Source: Sedimentisphaerales bacterium (lineage in GTDB: Bacteria; Planctomycetota; Phycisphaerae; Sedimentisphaerales; Anaerobacaceae). From it: a DNA stretch of 64,000 nucleotides. Of the stretch, positions 39,064-48,448 are shown piece by piece. The DNA lies in contig JAXGYC010000007.1 in assembly GCA_040772485.1 (NCBI GenBank), positions 544,001 to 608,000 on the forward strand, read 5' to 3'. Both the position numbers and the translations under genes were made by a program. The notes beneath the pieces were generated by a model, which was not told the DNA's origin, did no database searches, and was given only the letters and a program-made list of their open reading frames with translations. The number at the start of each line of letters is the position of its first letter. The first letter of the stretch is position 1.

Positions 39064-41313
39064 TCAGGGGTCGCAGGGGAACTGCTCCCAGAGCAGGCGG
39101 GGATAGGTTTGGCCTTCGCAGATGGTCCAGGTCTTGGCGAAGTCCCAGTCGACAAAGCTGGCCTGCTGTTTCATCTGTTCGTCGGTCAAGGACGTGCCGA
39201 GGCCGTTGCCCGATGCTCCACCGGTGGCCAGAAAGTAGCTATCGGCGATCAGCGAGAACTGCATATCCCTGCCCACGAGCGGCCCGGCGTATCGACTATC
39301 TTCGGCGCTGGTCACGTGACCTGCGGCATAGCAGCCCGAAACAATCCCGGCGTAGTTCAAGCCCACCAGGCCGCCGGCTCGGCAGTCCGCTGGGCCCCCC
39401 GAGACGCCGGCGGTCGCGTAGCTGTCGGCGACAATGCCCTCGCGATTCGCGCCCATGATGCCGCCGATAGCAAGAGTGCCCGGACCGGCCCAGACGAGCC
39501 CGGTCACATAGCAGGAGACGATCGTTCCTGCGTTGTTGCCGGCCAAGCCGCCGACGCTGGTAACGTCGCCCTCGGCGACAACCGACACATTGTCCAGGCC
39601 CAGATCGTAGACCCACGCGCCGCTCTCGATGCGTCCGAACAGCCCCAGATCGCCGGCCGCATCGCCCTCGATGGCCAGATTCGCGATGCGATGCCCGTTG
39701 CCGTTGAAGTATCCGCGCAGGACCGGAATCGGGGCGCGCATCCAAGTGATGCCCGTCAGGTCGATATCGCCGACGAGCTTGTACCAGGCGTACCGGCTGT
39801 ACCGCGCGACGGCGCCCAAGTCTTCCGCTGTGCCGATCACATAGGGCTCGTACGAACTGCCCACACCCTCGAGCGCGTGCAGCTCATTCGGATCGCCGAA
39901 GGCGGCCAGTTGCGGATATCCGCCCTCGTCGGCCATCCGCCACGTGTCGGCGGTGCCGTCCGACCGCGCGCCCGCCAAGTCCCATCGCGCTGTTCGGAAA
40001 GTCTCCACGTCGTGCATCTGCGCCGTGGTCAAGCCGACTCCGGCGGCGCTCTGCGAAGCACCGCTCGCCTGCCGGTCCCAGAAACAACGTGTGACGCGCA
40101 CACGCCGGCCGCTCTCGATAGTTCCGATCAACCCTCCGCGATCGTAAGCGGCGCCGTTCCGCAGAAGACGGCCGGTCGCGTAGCAGTTCATCACATCGCC
40201 TGCGGTGCTGACTCGCCCGATCAGCCCGCCGAGCGAGCGGCTGGCCGAGCCGCCCGTGACAGCGCCCATCGCATAGCTGTCAACAGCCAGCCCGCCGGTC
40301 AGCGAGCCGACCAGGCCACCTAAGCTGTGGCTGCCATTGAAGGCGGTTACATCGCCGGTTGCGTAGCAGTCGCTGGCCTCGCATTGGAGACGCCCGACGA
40401 ATCCTCCCATATCGCGGCAGCCCGCGCCTGCCGTCACACCACCGCTGGCATAGCAGAAGACAATCGAAGCATTCGAATCGGCGCTGCCGACAAGCCCTCC
40501 GAAGCTCCAGCACCCGTCCGAGGCCGTGACGGAGCCGGCCGCATGGCTGTTCTCAACGGCGCCGCCCAGACATCCGCCCACCAAGCCGCCGGCGTCGAAG
40601 CTATTGCGTCCGACGAGTATGTCGCCGGTCGCCCCGCAATTGGCGATGCGGCCGCGATGTAGACCCGCCAGTCCGCCGAGCAGAAAGCTTCGCTCGCCGG
40701 CTGTCACCGTCACCGCCGCACTGCAACCCCCGATGCCCCCTTCGTTGACCCCGACCAGGCCGCCGACCCAGTTGCTTTCCTCGGGACACCGAATCGTGCC
40801 GGTCGCGTTACAGTTGACAAGCGAGCCCCTGTTGGAGCCCGCCAGGGCGCCGGCGCGCCCGGGCCCTTCGATCGAGACGTTCTCGATACGGAGATCGTAG
40901 ACGCGTCCACCCTCTCCGACCGCGCCGAACAGCCCCAGGTGCTGGCCCGTTCCGGTGCGGATTGTCAGATTTCGGATCGTGTGACCATCGCCATAGAAGC
41001 GTCCGACAAAGGCCGGGTACGGCGAGGCGTTTGGGGTCCCATCGTGCGCGATCACCGCTCCATCGAATCCGCCTGCGGCGGACCCGCCGGGCAGGTTCGG
41101 ATCGAGGTCCAGATCCTCGACGAGCAGGAAGTGCTTGCTTAGCAAGTCCGCATCGTCGCCAATCGAGACGAGTTGCTCGACGGTGGCAATGCGATAGGGA
41201 TCGCCCGCCTCGCCGGTTCCGCCGGCGAACTCGGCGCCCTTCGCGCTCCAGGAGAACCAGGCAACCAGCAGCACGCCGCAGCAGAATGTTCGAAACGCCC
41301 GCGCACGCATCAT
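39064..41313 (-). CDS. Secreted GLUG-motif beta-helix protein
   Basis: Signal peptide, two G.G...DPY.I...DL...F.G.F.G.GH.I.NL modules, many GGL.G...CYA.G.V repeats, WDF...W..YP.L end. Confidence 0.9.
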   Translation of the reverse strand: MMRARAFRTFCCGVLLVAWFSWSAKGAEFAGGTGEAGDPYRIATVEQLVSIGDDADLLSKHFLLVEDLDLDPNLPGGSAAGGFDGAVIAHDGTPNASPYPAFVGRFYGDGHTIRNLTIRTGTGQHLGLFGAVGEGGRVYDLRIENVSIEGPGRAGALAGSNRGSLVNCNATGTIRCPEESNWVGGLVGVNEGGIGGCSAAVTVTAGERSFLLGGLAGLHRGRIANCGATGDILVGRNSFDAGGLVGGCLGGAVENSHAAGSVTASDGCWSFGGLVGSADSNASIVFCYASGGVTAGAGCRDMGGFVGRLQCEASDCYATGDVTAFNGSHSLGGLVGSLTGGLAVDSYAMGAVTGGSASRSLGGLIGRVSTAGDVMNCYATGRLLRNGAAYDRGGLIGTIESGRRVRVTRCFWDRQASGASQSAAGVGLTTAQMHDVETFRTARWDLAGARSDGTADTWRMADEGGYPQLAAFGDPNELHALEGVGSSYEPYVIGTAEDLGAVARYSRYAWYKLVGDIDLTGITWMRAPIPVLRGYFNGNGHRIANLAIEGDAAGDLGLFGRIESGAWVYDLGLDNVSVVAEGDVTSVGGLAGNNAGTIVSCYVTGLVWAGPGTLAIGGIMGANREGIVADSYATAGVSGGPADCRAGGLVGLNYAGIVSGCYAAGHVTSAEDSRYAGPLVGRDMQFSLIADSYFLATGGASGNGLGTSLTDEQMKQQASFVDWDFAKTWTICEGQTYPRLLWEQFPCDP

Positions 41314-42221
41314 GGTTCGTCCTCGAAGACATCAAGCACCGGGTTGAAGCTCGGGGACCATTCAGACCATTCCATGTCCTCGAAGTAGGCAACGAACTCG
41401 CCGTTGCGGTAGTAGCCTTTGTTGCCCGGACGCGGGCGGAGCGACTCGTTGCCCGGGACCTTGCGATAGAACGCGTACCGCGCGAGGTTCTCGTCCTTCA
41501 TCGCGTCGATCTGAAGAACGGAGCCATAAATCTGCTTGTCCTCAACCACGCGCTGGCGGGCATGGACCAGTTCGTGGGCCAGACCGACCAGCGGCGGGAA
41601 CGTATCCCACGCGACCGGCGCGCCGTAGGCTCGGGTGATGGTCGGGTTCCACAGCACGGTCGCCGAGGGCTGCTGGCAGATATTCTCTCCGTCCGTAAAT
41701 TCGATGTGCGGCGACTTGTACGCTCGGGCGAACCGGTCGTAGACCAGCGGACGGCTCTCGATGGCCGCCACGGTGTCGCGAACGCTCGGGCAGATATACA
41801 GCAGCGCCTGGAGCGGCCAGAAGATCTCTTCGTCGCCCAGGCACAGCGCCCAGCCGGTCTGCTCGGTCTTCTGCGCCGACAGATTCGGATCGTTGCGGGC
41901 GTAGGTGCACCACGCGTCGATGTCCACAAAGCTCTGCGTCCAGCGCAGGTTGTCGTCCTCGCCGAAGCAGGCGAACGTCAGCATCGCGACCCCGTTGGCG
42001 TCGACCACCGCGCGCGGATCGGCCAGGTCCAGAAAGCCATAGGAAAAGGTGATCACATTCGGATCGGTCGCTTTCGCCTGCGCAGCAGCACATGCCGGCA
42101 AGACCAGCGTGGCAACAGCACAGACCCACAGGGACAACCACAACACACGGACCGCACACCGCTGTTCGGCGGTCCACAATCCAAGCATGGTCCGACCTGT
42201 CTTGTGATGCCTCATCGCCAC
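41310..42221 (-). CDS. Secreted M91-like zinc metallopeptidase
   Basis: Hydrophobic leader, PP..GLAHELVHA, EN..R....R.R. ATGA overlap with the GLUG gene. Confidence 0.7.
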   Translation of the reverse strand: MAMRHHKTGRTMLGLWTAEQRCAVRVLWLSLWVCAVATLVLPACAAAQAKATDPNVITFSYGFLDLADPRAVVDANGVAMLTFACFGEDDNLRWTQSFVDIDAWCTYARNDPNLSAQKTEQTGWALCLGDEEIFWPLQALLYICPSVRDTVAAIESRPLVYDRFARAYKSPHIEFTDGENICQQPSATVLWNPTITRAYGAPVAWDTFPPLVGLAHELVHARQRVVEDKQIYGSVLQIDAMKDENLARYAFYRKVPGNESLRPRPGNKGYYRNGEFVAYFEDMEWSEWSPSFNPVLDVFEDEP

Positions 42222-42329
42222 CTCCGGCCGCCTGTCCCGCCGGGAGCCGTTTCGATCAGCGCATACAGAAAGCCTTCACAGACCATCATAGCAGATGAGC
42301 GGCTCGATTTCCATCCCTCTGATGTGCGA

Positions 42330-43277
42330 TCAACTGAAGGCGTTGCGCAGAAGCTTCAGACCCTTGGGGACAGCGGTCTGCCAGTCCTCGTTGCCCTCGA
42401 ATTCGAGCGAGACATAGCCCTGGAAGCCGTGCTTCCGCATCAGCCGTCCGATGCGAGGATAGTCGAGGTCGAGCGTGTACCAGAGGCCTCCGCCGTAGTA
42501 GGTTTTGGCCTGCATGAACACCGTCTTCGGGGCGCACATTTCGAGCTTGTCGTAAGGGTCTTCGAGGAAGTTGCCGGTGTCGAGCAGGACCTGGAGCCAG
42601 GGCGAGTCGATCGCCTTGACGATCCGCAGGAGTCCTTCGGGCGTCCGCGCGAGGCCCCAATGGTTCTCCAGCCCCAGGATCACGCCGCACTCCTCGGCCT
42701 TGGGCAGACACTTCTCAATCGCGTCGATCACCCACTTGAAGCCCTCGTCCTCCGTGTGTCCCGGCAGGACCGGCTCGATGCCGCGATGGGCCATCAGTTC
42801 GTCGAAGTTGCCGCTGGTGCCCCAGCGCCCGGTGTTGATGCGGACAATCGGCACGCCGAGCTGATAGGCGATCTCGATCTGCTGAATCGTTAGATCGACG
42901 TTCTTCTGACGCCGGGCCTCGTCGGGCGAGACAAACCCCTGATGCGTGGACATGCAGCACAGGTCCAGCCCGTTGATCAGGGCGTGACGTTTGATTTTGT
43001 TGAGCGCGCCTTTGCTCTGGTCGTCCATCTGGATCAGCAGGATATCCACGCCGTCGAATCCCATCCGGGCGGCATGGTCGATGCACTCGACGATGGGCAT
43101 CTTCTGGTTGTCTTTGAACCGCCAGAAGGAATACGTCGCGACAGCGATCGGGTTGGGCCGTCCGCTCTGATCGGCATTCGACGCCGATGATTGTCCCATG
43201 GCCCGGTTGGAGATTGCCGCACTGGCCAGCACCGCGCCGGCACCCGCCAGAAACGCCCTTCGATTCACTGCATCCAT
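42330..43277 (-). CDS. Tat-exported sugar phosphate isomerase/epimerase (AP-endonuclease-2 TIM barrel)
   Basis: NRRAFL, LGLENHWG, LDTGNF, SLEFEG. Confidence 0.9.
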   Translation of the reverse strand: MDAVNRRAFLAGAGAVLASAAISNRAMGQSSASNADQSGRPNPIAVATYSFWRFKDNQKMPIVECIDHAARMGFDGVDILLIQMDDQSKGALNKIKRHALINGLDLCCMSTHQGFVSPDEARRQKNVDLTIQQIEIAYQLGVPIVRINTGRWGTSGNFDELMAHRGIEPVLPGHTEDEGFKWVIDAIEKCLPKAEECGVILGLENHWGLARTPEGLLRIVKAIDSPWLQVLLDTGNFLEDPYDKLEMCAPKTVFMQAKTYYGGGLWYTLDLDYPRIGRLMRKHGFQGYVSLEFEGNEDWQTAVPKGLKLLRNAFS

Positions 43278-43317
43278 CGTACCCATCCTTTCTCGCCGGC
43301 TGAAGCCGGAGTCCCAG

Positions 43318-43426
43318 GTTTGAAGTTTCAAGTCTGAAGTTTGAAGGACGCCGACTTCCCACTTCACCCTTTACACTTCACACTTGCCACTTCACACTTA
43401 ACGCTTCAAACCTGACACTTCAAACT
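43318..43426. repeat. Heptamer inverted-array spacer, second family (AAGTnTG/CAnACTT)
   Basis: About four units facing about ten inverted units, filling the intergenic gap. Confidence 0.85.
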
Positions 43427-43433
43427 GGGTATT

Positions 43434-44765
43434 CTACGTCAATTGCTCCGGCCGGACAAGCGAGCCCGACCGGATTTTCGCCGCCACCTGCATCAGCCTC
43501 GGCAACGCGTAATCAAAGAACCGCTGATAGCTCTCGCAGAAGCAGCTTTCGCGACTGCGACTGTCCCGTGGCGAGGGCATCCTGCCCTTGTCTTCTGTGG
43601 CGAGGGCATCCTGCCCTTGCTCTTCTGTGGCGAGGGCATCTTGCCCTTGCTCTTCTGTGGCGAGGGCATCTTGCCCTTGTTCCTCTGTGGCGAGGGCATC
43701 TTGCCCTTGTTCCTTTCTCACCGGCAGATTGCCGGCGGGACGCAAGGGCGGGACGCCCTCGCCACGAGGAGCGCGGTCCTTCATGCACCCGCCACGACAG
43801 ACCGCCAGGTGCCGGCACACCAGACATTTGTTGGACAAATCCTGTTTCTTGCGGGCGAAGGTCTTCTTCCTGGCAGAGGCCGCGATTTGCCCGATAGACG
43901 TCTCGAGAATGTTGCCGAGACGCCATTGAGGCTCGACGAAGAAATCGCAAGGGAAGACGTCGCCCGTGTGCTCGATGACGATGTACTGGCTGCACTGGCG
44001 GTCGAACGTGCAGATCGTGTGCCGTCCGCCGATACAATAGCTCAGCAGCGAATCGAAATCGCGGACGCTGAGTTTGTCCGGTCCGACCTCCAGCCAGCGG
44101 TCGAAGATGCGACACAGGAACCGTCCGTACTGCTCCGGCGAGACGGAAAAACCGGCGATCTGCCCGGCCTGCGGATCGACTTCCACGCACGGAATGAATT
44201 GCAGATAGCGGACGCCCAGACCGAGGAGGAAATCGAAGATCTCGTCGGGATGCTCGGCGGTGAGGTTGTTGACCAACGTCAGCGTGTTGAACTCGACCTC
44301 GTGCCGCTTGCAGCAGTCGATGGCCCGCATGACACGGTCCCACGTGCCGTGGCCGCCCAAGTCGAGCCGATAGTGATCGTGCAGTTCCCTGGGACCATCG
44401 ATGCTGATGCCCACGAGGAACCTGGCCTCGTGCAGGAACCTGCACCACTCGTCGTCCAGGAGGATGGCGTTGGTCTGGAGCGAGTTGCCCACCTGCTGGC
44501 CCGAGACGCCATACTTGACCTGCCACTCGACCGCGTTGCGGTAGAAATCCAGACCCATCAGCGTCGGCTCGCCCCCCTGCCAAGCAAAGCCCGACATCGG
44601 GAAGCGCAGTTCCATGTAGTCCTTGACGAGCCTGTGAAGGACCTCCTCGCTCATCCGCTGGCGGCCCTGCCCGATCTCCGCGGCGCGGCAGCGATAGAAG
44701 CAGTACTCGCACGCGACGTTGCAGTCGGAGCCGGAAGGCTTGATCAGGAGCGTGAATGGCTGCAT
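43434..44765 (-). CDS. Anaerobic sulfatase maturase (radical SAM/SPASM)
   Basis: KP....CNVACEYCFY, WQGGEPTL, QTNA, GISIDGP, C....C...GDVFPCDFFV, C..C.....C.GGC.K.R. Confidence 0.95.
   Translation of the reverse strand: MQPFTLLIKPSGSDCNVACEYCFYRCRAAEIGQGRQRMSEEVLHRLVKDYMELRFPMSGFAWQGGEPTLMGLDFYRNAVEWQVKYGVSGQQVGNSLQTNAILLDDEWCRFLHEARFLVGISIDGPRELHDHYRLDLGGHGTWDRVMRAIDCCKRHEVEFNTLTLVNNLTAEHPDEIFDFLLGLGVRYLQFIPCVEVDPQAGQIAGFSVSPEQYGRFLCRIFDRWLEVGPDKLSVRDFDSLLSYCIGGRHTICTFDRQCSQYIVIEHTGDVFPCDFFVEPQWRLGNILETSIGQIAASARKKTFARKKQDLSNKCLVCRHLAVCRGGCMKDRAPRGEGVPPLRPAGNLPVRKEQGQDALATEEQGQDALATEEQGQDALATEEQGQDALATEDKGRMPSPRDSRSRESCFCESYQRFFDYALPRLMQVAAKIRSGSLVRPEQLT
43568..43765. repeat. Array of GTGG-type REPs (family D): five direct and one inverted, inside the maturase CDS
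   Basis: GTGGCGAGGGCATCYTGCCCTTG at 43568, 43597, 43627, 43657 and 43687. Inverted copy at 43743-43765. Confidence 0.92.
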
Positions 44766-44775
44766 CGACTCGTCC

Positions 44776-46764
44776 CTACGGTTTCGCCGGCTCGATCCGG
44801 AGCGTCCAGGTGTCCTTGAGCGGAGGCTTGTCCGCCTTCAGGAGAATCCTCGCGATCTTCTCGGGCCAGACCGCGCGAAGCCTGCCGTCCTCGACATCGA
44901 TCACCTCGATCGTCGCGGCCAGTTCGCCCGGATCGTACAGCACCTGCGCCAACTCGTCCTCATCGGAAGTCGCCAGCACAATCTGTCCCGGCGTGCGAAC
45001 CTCCGCCTTGCACGGGGTCATCAGGCTCAGCGTGATCTGCCCGGCCGGCTGGGCAAGCGAGTAATCCTCGACAATGGTAACATCGCGACCTCGATTCAAC
45101 GTGATCGTGCGGACCCACGATTTCAGATGCAACTGCTCGGGATATGCGCCGGCGATATCGAGCGTAAGCTGGGCCATCGCATCGTCGGACCGATAGCGAA
45201 CGTTTCGGGCGGCGAACTGCCTGCCCGGCGACTGCATCACACCGTCGATGGTCGGCAGACTGTGGTAGGCCGACTGCATCGTCCAGATCTCGTAGCGTTG
45301 CGCGCTGAACGTCTTTCGGCTGTACGTTTCGACGCCGATGTCGATAATGACCGGCTCGCCGCCGATGTAAACGATGAAGTTGCCTACGTCGTTGTGGTTG
45401 TGGCTCTCGGCGTTGTGTCCGCCTTTCGCTGCAACGTAAAGGCCCTCGGTGCTTCCCTCGCGATCTCGGGCGGCCATCACCTGAATCCCGTCCATCCAGA
45501 CGTCGCGCACCAGGGGCAGTTTCGCCTGGGCCTCGTCCAGTTCCGCAGCGCCGAAGATTGCCGCCAGATATCGACCGATCCCATAGCCCGGCTTGCCCTT
45601 GAACGCCTGGGCCATGCCTCCCGATTCGGCGAAGAAGTGGGCGGCGAAGCCCATGAGCTTGTCGTCGCCGATGCTCTTGCCGTATCGGTAGACCAGCGAC
45701 TCGGGGATGCCGCCTTTGGCCGAGGCATCGGCGAAGTTGACGAAGTAGCGGTCGGCGATATGCACGCGAAAGATGTACCGGCCGATCTGCTGAATCAGCG
45801 GCTTGTCGTAGACGTCGATCGCCCCGGCGCTGGCGCTCTGCAGCAGATCGAGGCAATCGTACAGCGACGCGCCGGCCCGGCCCCAGTAGCCCGGCCCCTC
45901 GTCGCAGCCACCGTCGTCCTCGTAGGCATCGAGGAAATGGTCGAGGCTGCGGACGATCTTCGCCACCGCCGCCACACGCCGGGGCTCGTTGGGCTCGATC
46001 AGCAGCGCCGAGACCAGCCAGTTCGAGTTGCACCACGGATTCCAGTTGTTGACGCGTCCGCCGCGAAAGCCCATCCAGCCGAAATCGTCACGCTCGAGGC
46101 ACGGCGTCAAGATGCGTCGGTCGACCTCCAACACGATCCGCCGGCGAATCAGGGGCGAGACCTCGTCGAGCTGCTCGCCCACCAGGTAGCTGGTCCAGGC
46201 CAGACTCTCGGAGCTCTCGGCCGCAAACAGATCGACGATCGGCTCTTCGCAGTCGGGCAGGCCCGAGCCGGCCTTCTGCGCGCCAATGTGCGCGGGCACA
46301 CCCCAGAAGGACTCCTCACAGAGGGCCCAGACGCCGTTGGCGATGTCGTCGAGAAATCGGCCCTGGTTTTCGACGCACTCGGCGATCACCAGCGCGGTCA
46401 GCGCGCTGCGCCGGGCGAAATGCTCTCGCTCGTAGCGGCTGCGGTTGCCGTTGCGGGCGAATTCGAGAAACAGCGTCGCCGGCAGCGAAGGCCACTGGTA
46501 GCCGAGATACTCCTGACCGCCTGCGATCAGGTCCTTGCGAACCTCCTCCGGCAGGCTCTCCCACGCCCGGCGCTCGCTGCACCTGGGCCACGGACGCCAT
46601 CGGTCGCGAGAGACCAGCACCTGCTCGACTTTCTCCTGTGGATACAGCTCGCGCAGCTTGAAACGTTCCTCTGCGGCGAATGTCGGTCCCGTGAACATCA
46701 CCAACAACAGCAGCGTGCCCGCTGCAACGGCGGATAGTGTCATAGCTGTGCGTCTTGTGCGCAT
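44776..46764 (-). CDS. Secreted heparinase II/III-like lyase family protein
   Basis: NNWNPWC, DGGCDEGPGYW, VNFAD, HNHNDVGNF, DIG...Y, S.YHS. Confidence 0.88.
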   Translation of the reverse strand: MRTRRTAMTLSAVAAGTLLLLVMFTGPTFAAEERFKLRELYPQEKVEQVLVSRDRWRPWPRCSERRAWESLPEEVRKDLIAGGQEYLGYQWPSLPATLFLEFARNGNRSRYEREHFARRSALTALVIAECVENQGRFLDDIANGVWALCEESFWGVPAHIGAQKAGSGLPDCEEPIVDLFAAESSESLAWTSYLVGEQLDEVSPLIRRRIVLEVDRRILTPCLERDDFGWMGFRGGRVNNWNPWCNSNWLVSALLIEPNEPRRVAAVAKIVRSLDHFLDAYEDDGGCDEGPGYWGRAGASLYDCLDLLQSASAGAIDVYDKPLIQQIGRYIFRVHIADRYFVNFADASAKGGIPESLVYRYGKSIGDDKLMGFAAHFFAESGGMAQAFKGKPGYGIGRYLAAIFGAAELDEAQAKLPLVRDVWMDGIQVMAARDREGSTEGLYVAAKGGHNAESHNHNDVGNFIVYIGGEPVIIDIGVETYSRKTFSAQRYEIWTMQSAYHSLPTIDGVMQSPGRQFAARNVRYRSDDAMAQLTLDIAGAYPEQLHLKSWVRTITLNRGRDVTIVEDYSLAQPAGQITLSLMTPCKAEVRTPGQIVLATSDEDELAQVLYDPGELAATIEVIDVEDGRLRAVWPEKIARILLKADKPPLKDTWTLRIEPAKP

Positions 46765-46788
46765 GTGTGCCTCCTGATCCTGTGTCGC

Positions 46789-48204
46789 CTACTTCTGTTC
46801 GGGCGGATCGACTTGGCGAAAGCGCGGAATCACCTCGACGACGGACAGGCCCGAAAGGTCGCCGCTGAGCATGAAGGGCCGGTGGCCCACGACGATCGAC
46901 ATTCGGTTCGGGACCGCCTCCGCACCACGCTGGTCCGCCCAGTCGCGAAAGCCCCGCCGCACAAGGCCGGCGTCGTGACCCAGCCGCCGGACCAGCACGG
47001 GCGTCTCGGGTCGCTCGGTTTGCAGGACGATCTGGCGGTCCTGATCGTCGTCCGACCACAGTGTCCAGTAGTCGCGGCCCTCGCGCGTGAAGCGCAATCC
47101 CCGCACGTGCTCGTCGGGCGTCTCGATGCGGCCGATGTACTGCCCCTTGCCGACGAGCTGCGAGATGTCCGCCATGACATAGTAGGCCGCCTTGGGCGTC
47201 AGGTCGGGCCGCACCAGGCCGAAGTTGTCCTCGTTGTATTTCGGGTTCCAGCCGTCGTCCTGAAAATCGTACCACCACAAGCCCTTGTAGGAGTCGGACG
47301 TGCGCGCCAGCAGATAGAGCCTCGCCAGATACGACGCGGACAACTCCGGATCGGTGCCCCCCTTGGTCACGTGCGTGGGCCAGCCCATCTCCGTGACATA
47401 GAACGGGACATCCCTGCCGTCGTGGTAGCCCCGCAGCATGTCCTGGACACCGGTCATCCAGACCGAGCAGGCCTCGGGCCCTCGCTGCGGAAATGGTTCG
47501 CTGTAGTTGTAGCTATGGATTGAGATTGCATCGCAGTAGTCGAGCGCGCCGAGCTTGACGATCTCTTCGAGCCAGCCTTTCTTGACGGCGCCGCTGGTCG
47601 ATGCGCCCGCGATCACCGTCACGTTCAGATCGACCCCCTTGATCCTCGGATAGACGGCCTTGAGCAGCTTCACATAGCTCTCGGGCGAGCCTTCCTTGCG
47701 ATGGCGCTCGGGCAATCCGATGGGGATGTCCCACTCGTTCCATATCTCGTACAGCCGCACGTCCTTGCCGAAGTGGCGCACGACGAATTCGCTGTACCGG
47801 CAGAAACCCTCGATCGCCTCGGGCGATTGGGGCCGGTCGGCGTCATCGTAAAAGCGATTGCCATAGTCGAGGATGAGCAGAACGTTCAGGCCCCGCGCCG
47901 CCGCCCGGCGAACATACGTGTCGTACCGCTCGGGCATCTGGAGCCGGTCCTTCTGGGCTTCGACGGCGCCCCAGCCGACCTCGTCGCGGATCGCGCTGAT
48001 GCCGGCGCTTTTGAGACTGTCGAGATTCGATTCGAGAATGCCCTTGCCCTGGCTGAAATGCGTGCAGGCCCCCACCTGAAACCGCCAAGGCTCGATGACG
48101 GGCGCCAGAGCCCCTTGCTGCGCCAAGGCGGCCACCGCAATCAGCAGCACGCCCATCACACCGGCCAATCGCCCCGGCAAGCGATGTCGTTCATCCATCG
48201 GCAT
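46789..48204 (-). CDS. Secreted clan GH-A glycoside hydrolase (GH5/GH39-like)
   Basis: RD...W..VE, YEIWNE, SIHSY, VTEMGWPT, NFGLV. Confidence 0.8.
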   Translation of the reverse strand: MPMDERHRLPGRLAGVMGVLLIAVAALAQQGALAPVIEPWRFQVGACTHFSQGKGILESNLDSLKSAGISAIRDEVGWGAVEAQKDRLQMPERYDTYVRRAAARGLNVLLILDYGNRFYDDADRPQSPEAIEGFCRYSEFVVRHFGKDVRLYEIWNEWDIPIGLPERHRKEGSPESYVKLLKAVYPRIKGVDLNVTVIAGASTSGAVKKGWLEEIVKLGALDYCDAISIHSYNYSEPFPQRGPEACSVWMTGVQDMLRGYHDGRDVPFYVTEMGWPTHVTKGGTDPELSASYLARLYLLARTSDSYKGLWWYDFQDDGWNPKYNEDNFGLVRPDLTPKAAYYVMADISQLVGKGQYIGRIETPDEHVRGLRFTREGRDYWTLWSDDDQDRQIVLQTERPETPVLVRRLGHDAGLVRRGFRDWADQRGAEAVPNRMSIVVGHRPFMLSGDLSGLSVVEVIPRFRQVDPPEQK

Positions 48205-48448
48205 CTCCTTCTATGCCCCTCTCCCACCATGCACCCCATTCGACTTCGCCTGGCATAGACCTTCCAGCCGGGCGAAGCGTGTACGAATCTCCGAGATCAT
48301 GATACCAGCAGAGGCAATGGGTCGCCACGCCTTTTACTTGGCGTGTGGCAGCGGTAAGCGTAGCAGCGCGCAGCTTGCCGATGGCATGGATCGCGCGCGT
48401 AGCACCATCGGCAAGCGGCGATTGCCGCTGCCACACATACATGTTCGA

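Noticed and set aside
43568..43709. Possible CRISPR array (23-bp palindromic repeats)
   Set aside because: Spacers are only 6-7 bp and near-identical, the array is inside a CDS, and there are no cas genes.
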